In this document: positions 47,057-59,700 of the stretch, piece by piece
How the letters are laid out: every line of letters begins with the position of its first letter
Numbering within the stretch: position 1 is the stretch's first letter
NCBI GenBank assembly: GCA_964106645.2
Contig: OZ067042.1
Strand: one strand, 5' to 3'
From: Podarcis pityusensis
Taxonomy: Eukaryota
Length of the DNA: 64,000 nucleotides
The notes under the pieces: model-generated
What the model was told of the DNA's origin: nothing
Seen by the model: the letters and a program-made list of their open reading frames with translations, nothing else
Databases searched by the model: none
Translations under genes and position numbers: made by a program

Positions 47057-48174
47057 TAGAATTTTGGGAAGCCAACAGTCACTTGGGAAAGGATCCAGTC
47101 ATTTCCAGTAAGGAATTGACTGCTTGCCATAGGCTCAGGACACAAAAGTATGCCAGAGACTTTGGCTTAGTCACAGAACCTCTTCATATGGAATGTGTTT
47201 AACCTTAGTTGTTGGCTTTTAAGTGTGCAACTAAAATATAGTGCAAATGCAATGAACAGGTATTTGAGAACACCTGTGTCCTACTGGTGTATTCATTCAA
47301 GAGTCTGGATTAGATATGAGTGGCTTCCTACTGAGCGTACAATTGGTGACAAATCCAGGTTACATTATGTGTGAAAGAGTTTCTTGTTACATTCATAAAA
47401 TGGTACTCAAAAACTCCCATCATTGATTGTAGCGGGAACAAACTGGACTGAATCTACATCTCCAGAAAATGGATTTTAATTTCACAAGACAAGTTTTAAG
47501 CATCCAGTAGAACAAAATCCTACATAAAAAGCTGAAGATCTCACATGCCACCAGGTGGACACAAAAAGTAAACTGATAAAGGTATATAGAAGTTGTATGT
47601 CAATGAGTCTTAATATTTTAAGCTACGCCTATCACAGGAGGAAAATAAAACCTGAGCCATAGACATATAGAATTCAGGGGCTAGAAGGCACCTTGCAATT
47701 AGTCTAGTCTATCATGCTGCACTGCTTCAGGACCCAGAAATACTTGGTTATATTATTTAGCTATTATTTGTATTGCCTAGGGGTAAGTCACCATGCACAG
47801 TAAATGTGAGACAGATGTAATTTATCTGTAAAACTTTAACATATTATTATTATACACTGAGGCATTCAGCTAGAGGCAGTTTAGCACCTGAGCAAAACTG
47901 ACAGAGCAATGATCTACCACATAGCAAGCTAAGAAAACTAGCCACAAACCTTGCAGGTGACTCCATCAAACGCAGAATCAGAGTTCTTCAGTGAACACAC
48001 CTGCAGGGCAGAAATGTAGTATGCCAATAAATCACTAATTAGTTAATCTACAAAAGAGACTAGCCCACAAAAAAGTAGTAGTAGTTCGCCTGCCTACATA
48101 TGCAATAATATGAACACTTAAAGTAACTTTTGCAAAAGCATTTCTGCTTGGTCCCATGGAGCATAAACTGAGCT

Positions 48175-48250
48175 GTATCTACTCAGAAGTCAGTCCTATT
48201 GAATTCAGTTGGGCTTACTCTCAGGTAAGTGGTCCCAGGACTGCAGCCTT
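48175..48250 (+). mobile_element. Short interspersed repeat (ctactcagaagt...caggtaagt...cagcct family)
   Basis: Related copies at 26125-26553 (split by a SINE), about 25345-25430 and about 17060-17140. Confidence 0.55.
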
Positions 48251-48882
48251 ATTCACCCACTAATTTTTCAAGTGTTCATTCTGGGGAATGAACCCAGGGA
48301 ATTATACCTCTGAATCCCTGAACTTTTAGGTCAGGATAGGTAGCCTGTGACCCATGGCCTAATTTTGTGGGTGGCAAAGAGGGCAAAAGGCAGGGAGAAG
48401 GGGTGTTCCCCCATCAGATTACCCTCAAAGGATGCAGCTCTCACCAGAGAAAAGGTTGCCTACCTGTTTCAGGCAATGGTGATTCAAGAGGCAGCATTTC
48501 TGGGATAAGCGTAGTCTGATTGACTCTGGAAGCCTGGCTTTGAGTGCTCTTTTTCTGTACTTCCACATCTAGTGGTCTCTGCTGTCAAGAAAAGCCTTTC
48601 TTCTGCTTCACCAAACTTTTGTTTCTATAGGCTTCTGAGTAACCAGATAATTGAGTTCTGGTGAGAAAGGAAGCTCTTACTAATAAGGATGAGATCATGG
48701 ATTGAGTGCACCTGTGTTCTTTAGTGATGGCTGTGAGTTCAAGGTCAGTTTGGCTGCCTGCTTGATTAACAGCAACTGTGGATCTGTGAGAATGCACTGA
48801 CTGAAATCCTGGAAAGTTAGTGTCAGCTGAGCTTCTAGTTGGTTGGGAAATTCTGATGCAATTCTTAGGTCATTCTCTAGAA

Positions 48883-49019
48883 CAGGGTTTCCCAAACTTG
48901 GGACTCCAGGTGTTTTGGGATAACAATTCCCATCATCCCTGAGCACTGGGTCCTGCTAGCTAGGGATGATGGGAGTTGTAGTCTAGCAACAGCTGAAAAC
49001 CCAAATTTGGGAATCCCTG
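48883..49019. mobile_element. hAT-family palindromic MITE (same family as 20196-20334)
   Basis: TIRs cagggtttcccaaa / tttgggaatccctg; perfect 8-bp TSD ctctagaa (48875-48882 / 49020-49027). Confidence 0.9.
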
Positions 49020-50212
49020 CTCTAGAAGTATGAGTTATCTGCAGGGGCATCCAGTAAGGTCTGGGGGAACTCCTAACCCAGGCTAGGGGACAACAGGGAG
49101 TAGCGGCAGCTTATTATTTTTGCAAGGTCTGGTTGGTGGTGGACTCAGGTTGGATTTTTGTTGCCGCTTAGTCCAAACAAGATTCCTTACTTCCTGGGTT
49201 TGGGCAACCTTGGCATCGACCTCATAAAGTCTTTCCAAGGCTACAGAAAGTGTCCTGCTCTTTCGATTTAACCTGATGGTAAGCAGCTTTGCTGCCCCTT
49301 CCTGTGTTTCAGACAAAACTTAAGAAAGGAATGGTACAACTGTATCTCCTGCCAGCTTCCACGGCTGCAACCCCCACCCTTCCCCCCTGCCAACATGTAG
49401 CCTCTTTCTGACTTGTCATAATATCACCTCTCACTTCCCTCTACAGCTCTCTTCTTTGGGACAGACTACAGTAACCTAATCAAATTGCTACTTTCATTTT
49501 CTTTTAAATGTTTCTTCCCTGGGAAAAAGAAAGCAACTCTGTTGGTTCCTTCCTTATGAGAGCACTCTGATAACTAGACCATGACTGCAAGTTGCGCTCT
49601 TGTGTATTTCAGTAAATTTGCTAGTTTCTAGACAGCTCCGCTGAACAGCTGCTTTTTTGTCTAGGAGTCAGAATAGGAATCTAGTTCACTTCAGGAAAAT
49701 CACCCTCAGTTATTCATGGTCCAGGAGGACTTATTCACAGAACAGTTTGCCCTAAGAAGTGGAGTGAAAATAAAAGGAGAAGATTCAATCTTGGCAACTA
49801 AATCTGTAGAATGACATCATTTAGGATACTACAGCTTTGACCAACTCCTCTATACTGTCTTCTCTGGGAAGTCATTGTTTCCCACTTATAGAAAGATGTG
49901 AATATATGCTTTCAATTGTCTTACTAGGTAACGTCAGAACAAACCAGACAGGCTGTGTTGATGCTTCACAATTTGACAAAAAGAAAGGGGAATTTAAACA
50001 TTGGGCATTTATTTGCTGATGAACAGTGACAGAAAGAAGACAGTTTGATCCTTGCATACCATGCAATATACTTTTGATTAACACTGAACAAACAGGGTCT
50101 TGTTCTATTTCTCAGTGAGCAGAGACAGGTCAAGACGCCTTCTCATAAAAGCCGTAATTAATCCCACAATAAAACACAGCCTGGGTGATAAGAGTTCTTC
50201 CCTAGGAAAAGC

Positions 50213-50218
50213 TTTATT
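50213..50218 (-). terminator. Candidate distal polyadenylation signal of CSGALNACT2 (alternative at 51907-51912)
   Basis: AATAAA on the - strand, followed about 30 nt downstream by GU/U-rich sequence (tgtgttttattgtggg). Confidence 0.4.
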
Positions 50219-53200
50219 TAAAGAGTGTTTGCTTGGAGTTGCATTTGTTAAAGGAAACTGAATTCACTTAGGAATCCTAATCTCTCTCATAGGAGATTAA
50301 CAATTCACAACATGTCCAGCGTGAAACCAAAAGGACAGGTATGAGCAACACCAAAAAAAACGCACAGCAAATACAAGGTCAAGCATTACAATTTTACTTC
50401 CATGGAAGCAGATTGTGGGCCTTTGGTAGCTGACACAAAAAACTCCCCAAGATAATCAGGTTTGCTCCACACATTCAGTGCTGGACTCTGAGAACTGCTG
50501 AACAGTCAAGATCAAATTGATGTATTATGTAGGCTGCTATGTCCTCAACCCTATAATGAGATTTGTGAAGTTATTACTTAGACACCCTTCATTAAAACTA
50601 TTCTGGGTGGTGTACAAATGTGTAAATAAAATTCACTCTGCCACAGAAATAATAGTTTTAAAACAGATGACAGAAGGAAATCCCAAAAAAAACCTAAGTG
50701 GGATAAAATATTATTCAAAAAATTACAATATATTATTTAAATTTCCCTTACTTTGGTATAGTGAAGGGAACACCAGGTACCCCACAAGCAGAATAATAAG
50801 CTTGTGAATATGGCCAACTTCACAGGACCTACAAAGTGGCCTGGGACAAATATTCTGACTGTAGACAACTGGTTAAATCCAGATTAACTGTGGAATCAGT
50901 TTGGGTGCCCTGGGATATTTTACACTTGTTAGTCTCTTATTCTTGCTAAATGCTGCACAGCAAAGGAAGGGAAGTTTCAAAAGCAGTTTATGACACAGCA
51001 TGAGGGTGGGGGGTCAGCCAAGCAAAAGTCAAATCCCACCAGGCTATCGCAAATCCCATACATGAGCCTAAATATGGATCCTTGTCAAAGGGATCAAACA
51101 GCAAGTTATGTGGGAGTTCTGCAGTTGACTCTCCCAATGTTTTTCTTTTTTCCTTAAATAAAAAGTTAGGTGCATACATTAGCCCCACATCAATTCATCA
51201 GTGCAAGAGCCCCCTCCCCCATGGCTCCCAAACTATTAGCTGCAAGGGAGACATACAGAGACAATAACAGGGCCTGGATGCTTTCTGCTACAGGGACCCC
51301 TGCCCCTATTGTAGATTTTTCAATTTGGGCTTACTGCCCAAGATTCTCAGTGCAGTTCCTATGCTGAAAAGCCACCTCCTCCATTATTTTACTAACGTCA
51401 TTTGTTCTGGAGCAAACATGTTATTGGTCTGATCCAGCTGGTCTCTTATGTCCTTAAAGCAGTTCATCTTCCATCTTCTGTCTTGCTGGCAATTTTCCCA
51501 GATACTGAATCACAAGGCAGTTCTCTAACCGATTAAAGAATCTGGTGTTGAGAAAATTCTTCTACGGATTGGCACTTGTGTGACTGAAAGTTCATTTGGT
51601 TGAGGATTTCTTATTCCACTACCAGAATGACACACTGAACATTACAAAATGTGAAATTAAAAGCAAAGAAAGAGTACTGCTATTACGCTGATGAAATGTT
51701 GTTGGAATGTGGGGACATTCCTGGAAAACAAAACCAGGAACTCATAGCATTGATATAGCTCTTTACCTTTGTCCGTAAAGACAGATATGGTATCAGCCTG
51801 TGAAGGTACAGAAGAATGAAATCAGTTCAGCTATAGCAGGAGCAAGGTGTAGATAGTTAACCAAGAAGGGTGGCTTCCCAACTCCATCTTCAATCCATTA
51901 TTTTTCTTTATTTGAAATGGGCAGGAAAAACAGCACCTATATCAGATGCCACTTTGGTTTTTAAAAACAAACAAACCCTGTTGTGGCTGTTCTTTGCAGC
52001 TTCCCTGATTTCTCATGCAATTGGATTTCTATGCATCCGATTCCTCACAGAAAATATGCCATCATCCTCAATCTACAGTCATAACTTGTAACTTTGGAAG
52101 TACACAACATTTGCTTTCTTTTTTGCTGGCCACACTACACTATATGCATTCACAACGCATTTTAGGGCTGTACCACATTTCTTCATGACCTCAAAACAAG
52201 AAACCAGTCCTATATTAAAACACAGTAGTATTCAATTTAATTATAAAGAGAAGACAACAGCAAGCCAACTTGCATTACATTCTCTCCACTTCAGACAAGT
52301 TACATTGTTCTTCACAATGTTATAAAGGCAAATTACATGTTTTTAAAAAAGATCAGTGTCCAGAACTATTTTCAAACAGTACATAGTCTTTCAGAGCTAA
52401 AAGCCGTATTATTTTCATTGCCCACAAATTCAATTGGCACAATGCTCCCAGTGTTCCTGTCGCAGACCCCATTCGAAACGGATAAGAGACTGCACAAAAG
52501 CACAACTCTGCTTTTCTGCAACTCTTGTTCGTTTCAATGGGGCCTAAGCAGGAGACATTATTGTGCCCAGTGCCAAAAGTAAAATAAAACAGCCCCAAGT
52601 TAGCAAGCGATTGCCGTCTTTTCTCCTATCCCCTCTCCCAAGTGACAGAGACTTCAACACTCACCTGAAGAACAAAGGATATCAGAAGTGTAATAATGAG
52701 GCAGTGAAATGAACTGCTTATGTTCAAGACAGCATTTCTTTCTACATCCCAAAACATGCAAAAAAAAAAATTATTTGGCCAGTAGCTAGGATAAGCAGAC
52801 AGCATACAAGCTCAATTCATTTACAATCCAATAAAGAACAGCAATGCAATATTATTGTAAACTGTTCAACATCCTTTCTTTTAAATACCTTAAATACATA
52901 TTTTTGCAAGTTGATTTATGTACCTGATGGTTAATAAGGCGAATTCAGTGATTCTGGCTGCACAACATACCATGGTGGGGTTTTTTGCATATAATTCTCC
53001 ACGGGCTCTTGCCTCAGGGCCTTATTCTTCCCACGGAATGCATACGTACTTATAGTGTCCCTTTCTAAAAAAACTACAGTGAAGCAAGCAGCACAGAATA
53101 ATGATAGGCAGTGGAGAAGGCAGTTTTTCATTCAGTTGTGACTCTTATTCCCACATAATGCAAATCTGAAAAATGAGAATGTTAAAAGAAAAATCTAGAT

Positions 53201-53472
53201 GCAGAAAAGTTAATATACTCTGTTCTTGTTCCCTTGCCTACAACCCCCCATGCAGTTAGACATGTTAAAAACAAACTGAAATGCTTCCTTTCGCTCAAGT
53301 GCCTGATCTGGTGCAATGTGTAGGTAACAGCTGGCCAGAGAAAGATCTTTGAAATCATCTTCAGCAAGAGAGAGGCACTGCGTTGTTTTTTTTAGCTGAG
53401 TTATAATTAAGGCTTCAGAACGATGCTGGTTCATAGCAGCTCGAGAGTCTTAGGATTGCACTGAGGATCATT

Positions 53473-53765
53473 TTAACCTATTGCTTCACTGTTAGTCCTG
53501 TACGCCTGCTTACGCAGGTGGGTCTCAATCTCCTCTCTGAACACCAGCATCCCAAGGTGAGAGTGAGAGGCCTCATTCATGGCTTTAGACTGGATGCACA
53601 TGCGATATTGCTCCGGAGTCAGTTCATCGGCACAATGCTTCTCATGCCAGAGATGAAAGAGGCCAGGGACTGGGGTCCTGGCCACAATGAGATCGCCATG
53701 CAAGTACTTTCGATAAAGGTGGACATCTTCTCCACCCCAGCCTTTGACTTCCAAGTCAAAGCCCC
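53473..53765 (-). CDS. CSGALNACT2: CSGALNACT2 last coding exon (stop TAA)
   Basis: attgcag|; (G)[96 protein letters not shown]. Confidence 0.95.
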
Positions 53766-56700
53766 CTGCAATAAATCAAAGACAGAAATCAGAAATGCTG
53801 TAATCAAATAACTTCACAAGCAGAGGTGTAGAGAAGATACATTCCTTTTCAAGATCCTATATCTCCAAGCAAGATAAACCAGCAGGACTCACAAGGTTAA
53901 AAGATAATTGAAAGTAGAGATCTCAAGTTGCTAGTTAGGTAATAAAGGGCAAGTCCTTGTCAGAAGAGCTTCAGATTCTAATCACCAAGGAGTCAACAAA
54001 ATTTTATGTATGTAATCACTAACAGAGACGGGGAACCTGTTTTACAAAGATGATCACATCTTATATTTTAGTTGGAATTATTTAACTGTTGTCCTCAGTT
54101 GTGAACAGCTTCCAGAACCTAGAGCCATCAGAAATCATGAAAAATCTGCACAATGAGTGCAGCCATCTTGCTGCTAATTCTTTAGCAGTTAATCGCCATT
54201 TTTAAAACATGAAGATGGCAAAAAATGAAGTCCGAGAACTCTTGTAACTGAAAGATAGGTGAAAGCCAAAAATGGAGAACCCATAACCCTCCAAAGTTTG
54301 TTCAACTCCAGTTCCCACCAACCTCAGCCAATGGTAAGGGATTAAAGGAATGGAGTCCAACAATCTCTTGAGGTCCACATATTCCCCATCCCTGATATAA
54401 ACAATTGCCTATAAGCTCTGCAAAAAAGCTGTAGCTACACACATGCTAGGTCCTGATGTCATATAAAATCTTATTCCTGAAAGGGAGGAATTAGTTTCCA
54501 GATTCATTAAGGGACTCCTTGGCAGGTTTTGAATAAATATTCACAAACTTTTTATTGATAATAATCAGCTAAACAGTTTGAGGATCTATACAACTTTGTA
54601 ACATGCTGAAAACAGAAGTCTCAGAGAAACCAAAGACTGGAACTCAGGGAAGTCGGGGGGTGGGGACGGGTGGGTTTTGTGTGGGGCAGTGGGGGGAGGG
54701 AGGAAAAATGGGGGGAAAACAAGGATGATATATTTTTGGATAATATGTCTTGTTTTAATTTTGAATAAAAAAAACTTTTTTTAAAAAAACCAGATTCATT
54801 AAGGGAAGCTATGGACACATTTGTGCATTTTTTACAAGAAAGCACTGCCATTCATACATACACTTTCCCATTCAACAATCTCCTCTACTCTCAACTGCAG
54901 TTAAAGCAAGCAATAAAGCAAAGAAATATTAGTCATTGCAATTTATCATTTATTTTATTTATTAAAAGCATTAAAAGAATAAAATTCAGTATTAAACACA
55001 ATACTTCACAAAGAACAGAAGTAGCATAAAATGCACCCTTTCTGGCAGAAAAAAATACTAAAATAATTAGCACAGGTGTACAACAAAATACAAGTAATAA
55101 ACTGAGAAGTCCAGATTATAGAAAAACACGAGCTGTTTAAAAGCAAAAAAATGTGTAATATGGACACGGCAAAAGAGCAATTCCTTGTCAGCAATAGTCA
55201 AATTTTGTAATAAAAGGTTTCCTTTAAAAATAAGCAAGAGTTAGTTAAGGTCCCAAAGCCAAACAACAATCAGTGGGAACACACAAAATTACCAAGACTG
55301 ATGAATTGTATAGCAAAAGTGGTTATTCCTTTCTCTTTTTCTTTGGAATTGTTTCTGATCTGCCTACCAAAACTCTTGTTCCACTGAATTGGCTTTATTT
55401 GTCTCCTCCAGTTATCCCTTCCCTAGGAATTGTTCCTCTTCTTTAGATATCCTAACCCAAGGCACTATGGACATACTCATCTTTCATGGACAAGGAACAA
55501 AAAAAATCTAGAGTCACACATACTTAGGCTTGGGCTGCCCACAGACAAACAGGAAGTAAATAGTAATTTGCCTTAATTAAAAATATGAAGAGAGACAAGA
55601 CCAAAAAAAATATTGGTGCAGTGCTACTGCATTTTTTAAAAGCAGCATTAATATTGTACAGTAACTAAAATAAAACATAAAGCTATTACACAATATCAAA
55701 ACTCAGTTAAACCACAAGGTGGTGCCAACATATACAGACAAAACTAAGCTGTGAGGCTTGTGCTAGCTTTTTAAATGGTCAAGTAAGAAACCGCATGGGT
55801 GAATAACTCACACATTTTTTTTCTACAAAGTTCAAGAACCATGATTTAATTAAGTATGCCCTGGGTGTCTTTAGACTGAAAGGCCGGACAGAAATAATGT
55901 AAAGTAATAGTTTCCTGGAATAAATCATTTCTCTTCCTTAGTGAGAGCAAGAGTCACTTGAGCTGGGTATTTGTGCAGAATATCCAGCAAGAAGCAACAT
56001 TCCCATGTCAATCAGTAAACAGAGGATATCTGACAAAATCCAAGACAAAAATCATAAAGCAAAGCATCTTACCGACAGCCAAGAAATCTGTTCGATACTG
56101 ACAAGTCATCCCAAAACCAAAATCCCTCCAAAAGCCAGAATCCTTTTTGTGCACCTACAATTATAAAAGTATGCATATTTAGGCATTTCAAGAAGAAACA
56201 GGATCTGAAATTAATTATCCCAGTAAACAATTCACTCACCACCCACTAGGGATGGGGGAGAATTTCAATTCGATTTGCATTTAAAGGTACATAATTGGCA
56301 GTTTCCAAAACAATCTGAGAACCAAAGCACAGCTGTCCTTCAAATTTTGCAGTTGTCTAGCCAAGTAGCATGTACAAAAATGCATACGCTGGGGTAAAGT
56401 GTCCATAAAATGCATGTGTTAGTGAAATCATACAAAAATTTGCAGTGCCAAAAGGAAACAACGGCATCAAGGCAAAACTAGGCATAACAGGCAACACAAG
56501 TTTATTTCAAAAAATGGCATGTAGACTACCCGCTTCTCTATAAGAACATACGGTCGTAATGTGCCCTGAATGTGTTTTTGCTGGGATTTCCATGTTTGTT
56601 GTCCCATCAAGTTCAAGTTGAAGTGAGACTAAGGAAGCAATCCTAACTCACCCCACCCACAGCCTGACTTCATAAAGCAGCAGTGGCAGAACGACTGCAA

Positions 56701-59700
56701 CGCCAGCCTGGAGCTGCTGCAGGTCACACCTGATGCAGCAGCAGAAATAACACAGGATTGAATGGATCCTGGGTTGGCTCAGCCCCACAAGCTCAGTTTG
56801 AAGGCTTTATGCTTCTGGGATGCTGCTGGCAGCACTTCCATAGGCACATTTGGCAGGCAGAAGTAGGTGCAAAGTAATCAAATCACCCTGTGTAAAGAAA
56901 CACACACCGTAATTCCTCTTCTTCTATCTCCCTGGCCTTCTATGAACTTCCTGTGTGATCCCCAGCTTTAGCAGGCTTCCTTGACCACATTGGCCTTCTG
57001 CTGTGGAGGCTCCCTACTTTACAGCTTTACACGCAGCATGAAGAGGACCTTAGCCTACCTCGTACTCCAGCCAGTGTGCTACACATTACACAGTAACAGA
57101 TTTCCAGTTTCCCTCATCTAATGTTTCTCAGTTTTCTTGTTTAATGAAGCAAACACCATGTATCGTTAGGAACATGCCATTTTATTTTTCCGCAAATGGT
57201 GTGGTAGAATCGTTCACCTTTGACGACAGACTCTCTGATACTTTTTTTAAAAGAACTGAACACAAAACTCTGCAAGCTTTGCAAGATGTTTGTATGCATC
57301 ATTCATAGATGCTGCTGAATTATTGCCATTTTTACAGAAGAGTATGGGGTAAATTCTGGAGTACAGGATCAGGTTTAAGGTGCTGGTTTTAACCTTTAAA
57401 GTGCTATACGGCCTAGGACCCTTGTACCTACGGGACCACCTCTCCTGGTATGTCCCACGGAGGACCTTACAGTCTTCAAATAAAAACATCTTGGAGATCC
57501 CGGGCCACAGGGAGGTTAGGTTGGCCTCGACCAGAGCCAGGGCTTTTTTGGCTGTGGCCCCAATCTGGTGGAACACTCTGCCACAAGAGACTAGGGCCCT
57601 GTGGGACTTGACATCTTTCCGCAAGGCCTGCAAGACAGAGCGGTTCCACCAGGCCTTTGGCCAAGGCACAGTCTGACCCCCTCTCTCTTTCTGTAATCCC
57701 CATAGAACTCTAGCCCAATGGTTGCCATTAATTTGATTCTGAATTGATTTTAGAATGTATTTTAATTAATTGACTGTGATTTTTTGTACACTGTGCTATT
57801 TTTACTTGTTAGCCACTATGAGCTCGGCTTTGGCCAGGGAGGGTGGGATACAAATAAAATTTTATGATGAAGATGATGGTGATGATGGAGAGGATAACTG
57901 GCATTAGCACCAGTCTATATGTGGATAAAGCTATAATCTTCCTTCTCCATTTTTTATCTTTAGGTTAACCAGATGAATAGTTGGGAATTTAGGAAGCTTT
58001 TTGGACTATGGAACATTTAAGGAGTATGCAATTTAAGGCTTACTAGTATCTGTTTGGTTAATTATTTTTATTTCCAAATTCTTCTAAGTTGATTGTTCTT
58101 GAGTAAATTTCTGAAATCTTTATTCGCTCTATTTATTTCACATTTGAATTTTCCCTACCTAGCATTTAATGATTTACATGCTCCTTGGCATGTAAATGAA
58201 TGTGCTCATTTACACATTTGTTTTATGTTTCAGTGAGTGTTGAATTTATAAGTTTTCATCATCCCATGCAGTGTTTTAAATATTTCAAATTTCTTTTCCT
58301 TTTGATCTGACTCTTGTCCTCTCTGCTTAATGGAGAAGGCTCAACAGAGCTAAATTTAAAGGACCTACTTTCCACGATAAACAGTTCTTCCATCAAACAC
58401 TGCATTGAAGCTGCTACTGGTTAATATGGAGAACAAGGTTTTTAAGCTTCTTTAAACTCCAGTCACTTACCAACTGCTGCTCCACAGGGGGTGGCACATC
58501 TTGATTAGCATAGACAATGGCAGGATTATAAAGGCTGAATACCACAGGATAGAAAACTTTCTTCCCTACAGAGACAGGAGAGATTTGTTACTCCTTATGG
58601 GACATCTTTGGGCAGAAAAAAGAAGCTGCACGTTTCCTCTATTTTTTTATTAAACAGTAATCCATCTAACAAGCAAAAGAAAAGAAAAAGGTCTGCCTCT
58701 TAAGACTTTTGCTCAAAAAACCCATGTTATGCTTCAATCACAGCACAAAGGGGGAATGGAACCAAGCATGCAAAGCCAAATATTATATTTGGGTCTGGAA
58801 CGAGAGCATCAAATAACCTGAGGAGTTAAAAGCAACAGTGTTCAAAACTATTCCTGACTGGAGGAGATCATTCTGATGAAGGTAACTAACTATAAATAAA
58901 ACTTTCGAAAAGGGTAAAGCACCAGTATGTGAAAGACACATGACTCCTAACCTCAACATCCCTCTAAAATAAAAGGTATAGTATTTGCCATTGCTGTAAA
59001 TTTTGGCCCAATTCCAGATGTGGCTCTTGCCAAGGGTGTTGGATAGTGATTAGAGTGTCACATCTTGGGGAGACAAAGATTTAATTGTTTTATTATGTAG
59101 GATCTAATGAAGAGGTACCTGTGCCAGTTTAAAAATGTACAGTGGAGTTGTCCCCTGCCTGTGGGGGTGCTGGGCAAGAGAAGATAGGTGACAGGAACAT
59201 AGAAAACTGCTTAATCCAAGTGAGAACATTGGTCCATCTAGCTCATAACTGTTTATGTGAGTGGCAGCAGCTTTCTGGTTTCGGACAGGAGACATTCCAG
59301 TGCTAATGAAAGATGCTGTGAGTTGACTTTGGGGGTCTTCTGCATGCAGCGCTGAATGCTCTACCAGGTGGCCTATGCCACTCCACTGTTTGAAGCTCAG
59401 TTCCCATCTTTGTTTTATACTCAAGTTTCCAGTCCCTAACAAATTATCTGCCCACACCTATCCCGGTGTTATGCTTTTCATGGTGGCCAGTGGGAACTAT
59501 GCATGTGATGCATAGAGACAATATTCCTATTTGTCCCCAGGATCTGGTATGTGGAGGAATCCTGCCTCTGAGGCATTTCATTCCATTTAACTATCATGGA
59601 TGATAGCAAAGACTTCTATGGGAAGAGCACTGAGAAGCAGTATTGAGTAGAGCTGGTGGGACTTGCAACCCTCCCACTTTCCAGAAGCCTTGGCTGCCTC

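Noticed and set aside
48631-49278. Micro-exon-like segments initially suggesting a small FXYD-like gene
   Set aside because: No FXYD motif or transmembrane segment could be assembled in any frame; kept only as possible non-coding exons.
57247-57703. Overlapping ORFs of 75-140 aa
   Set aside because: All derive from one L2-like LINE fragment; only the + frame reflects a dead ORF2 C-terminus.
57900-58330. AT-rich stretch that might be an antisense L1 ORF remnant (also an L1-like tail at about 60690-60990)
   Set aside because: No convincing reading frame, TSD or family match could be seen by eye.
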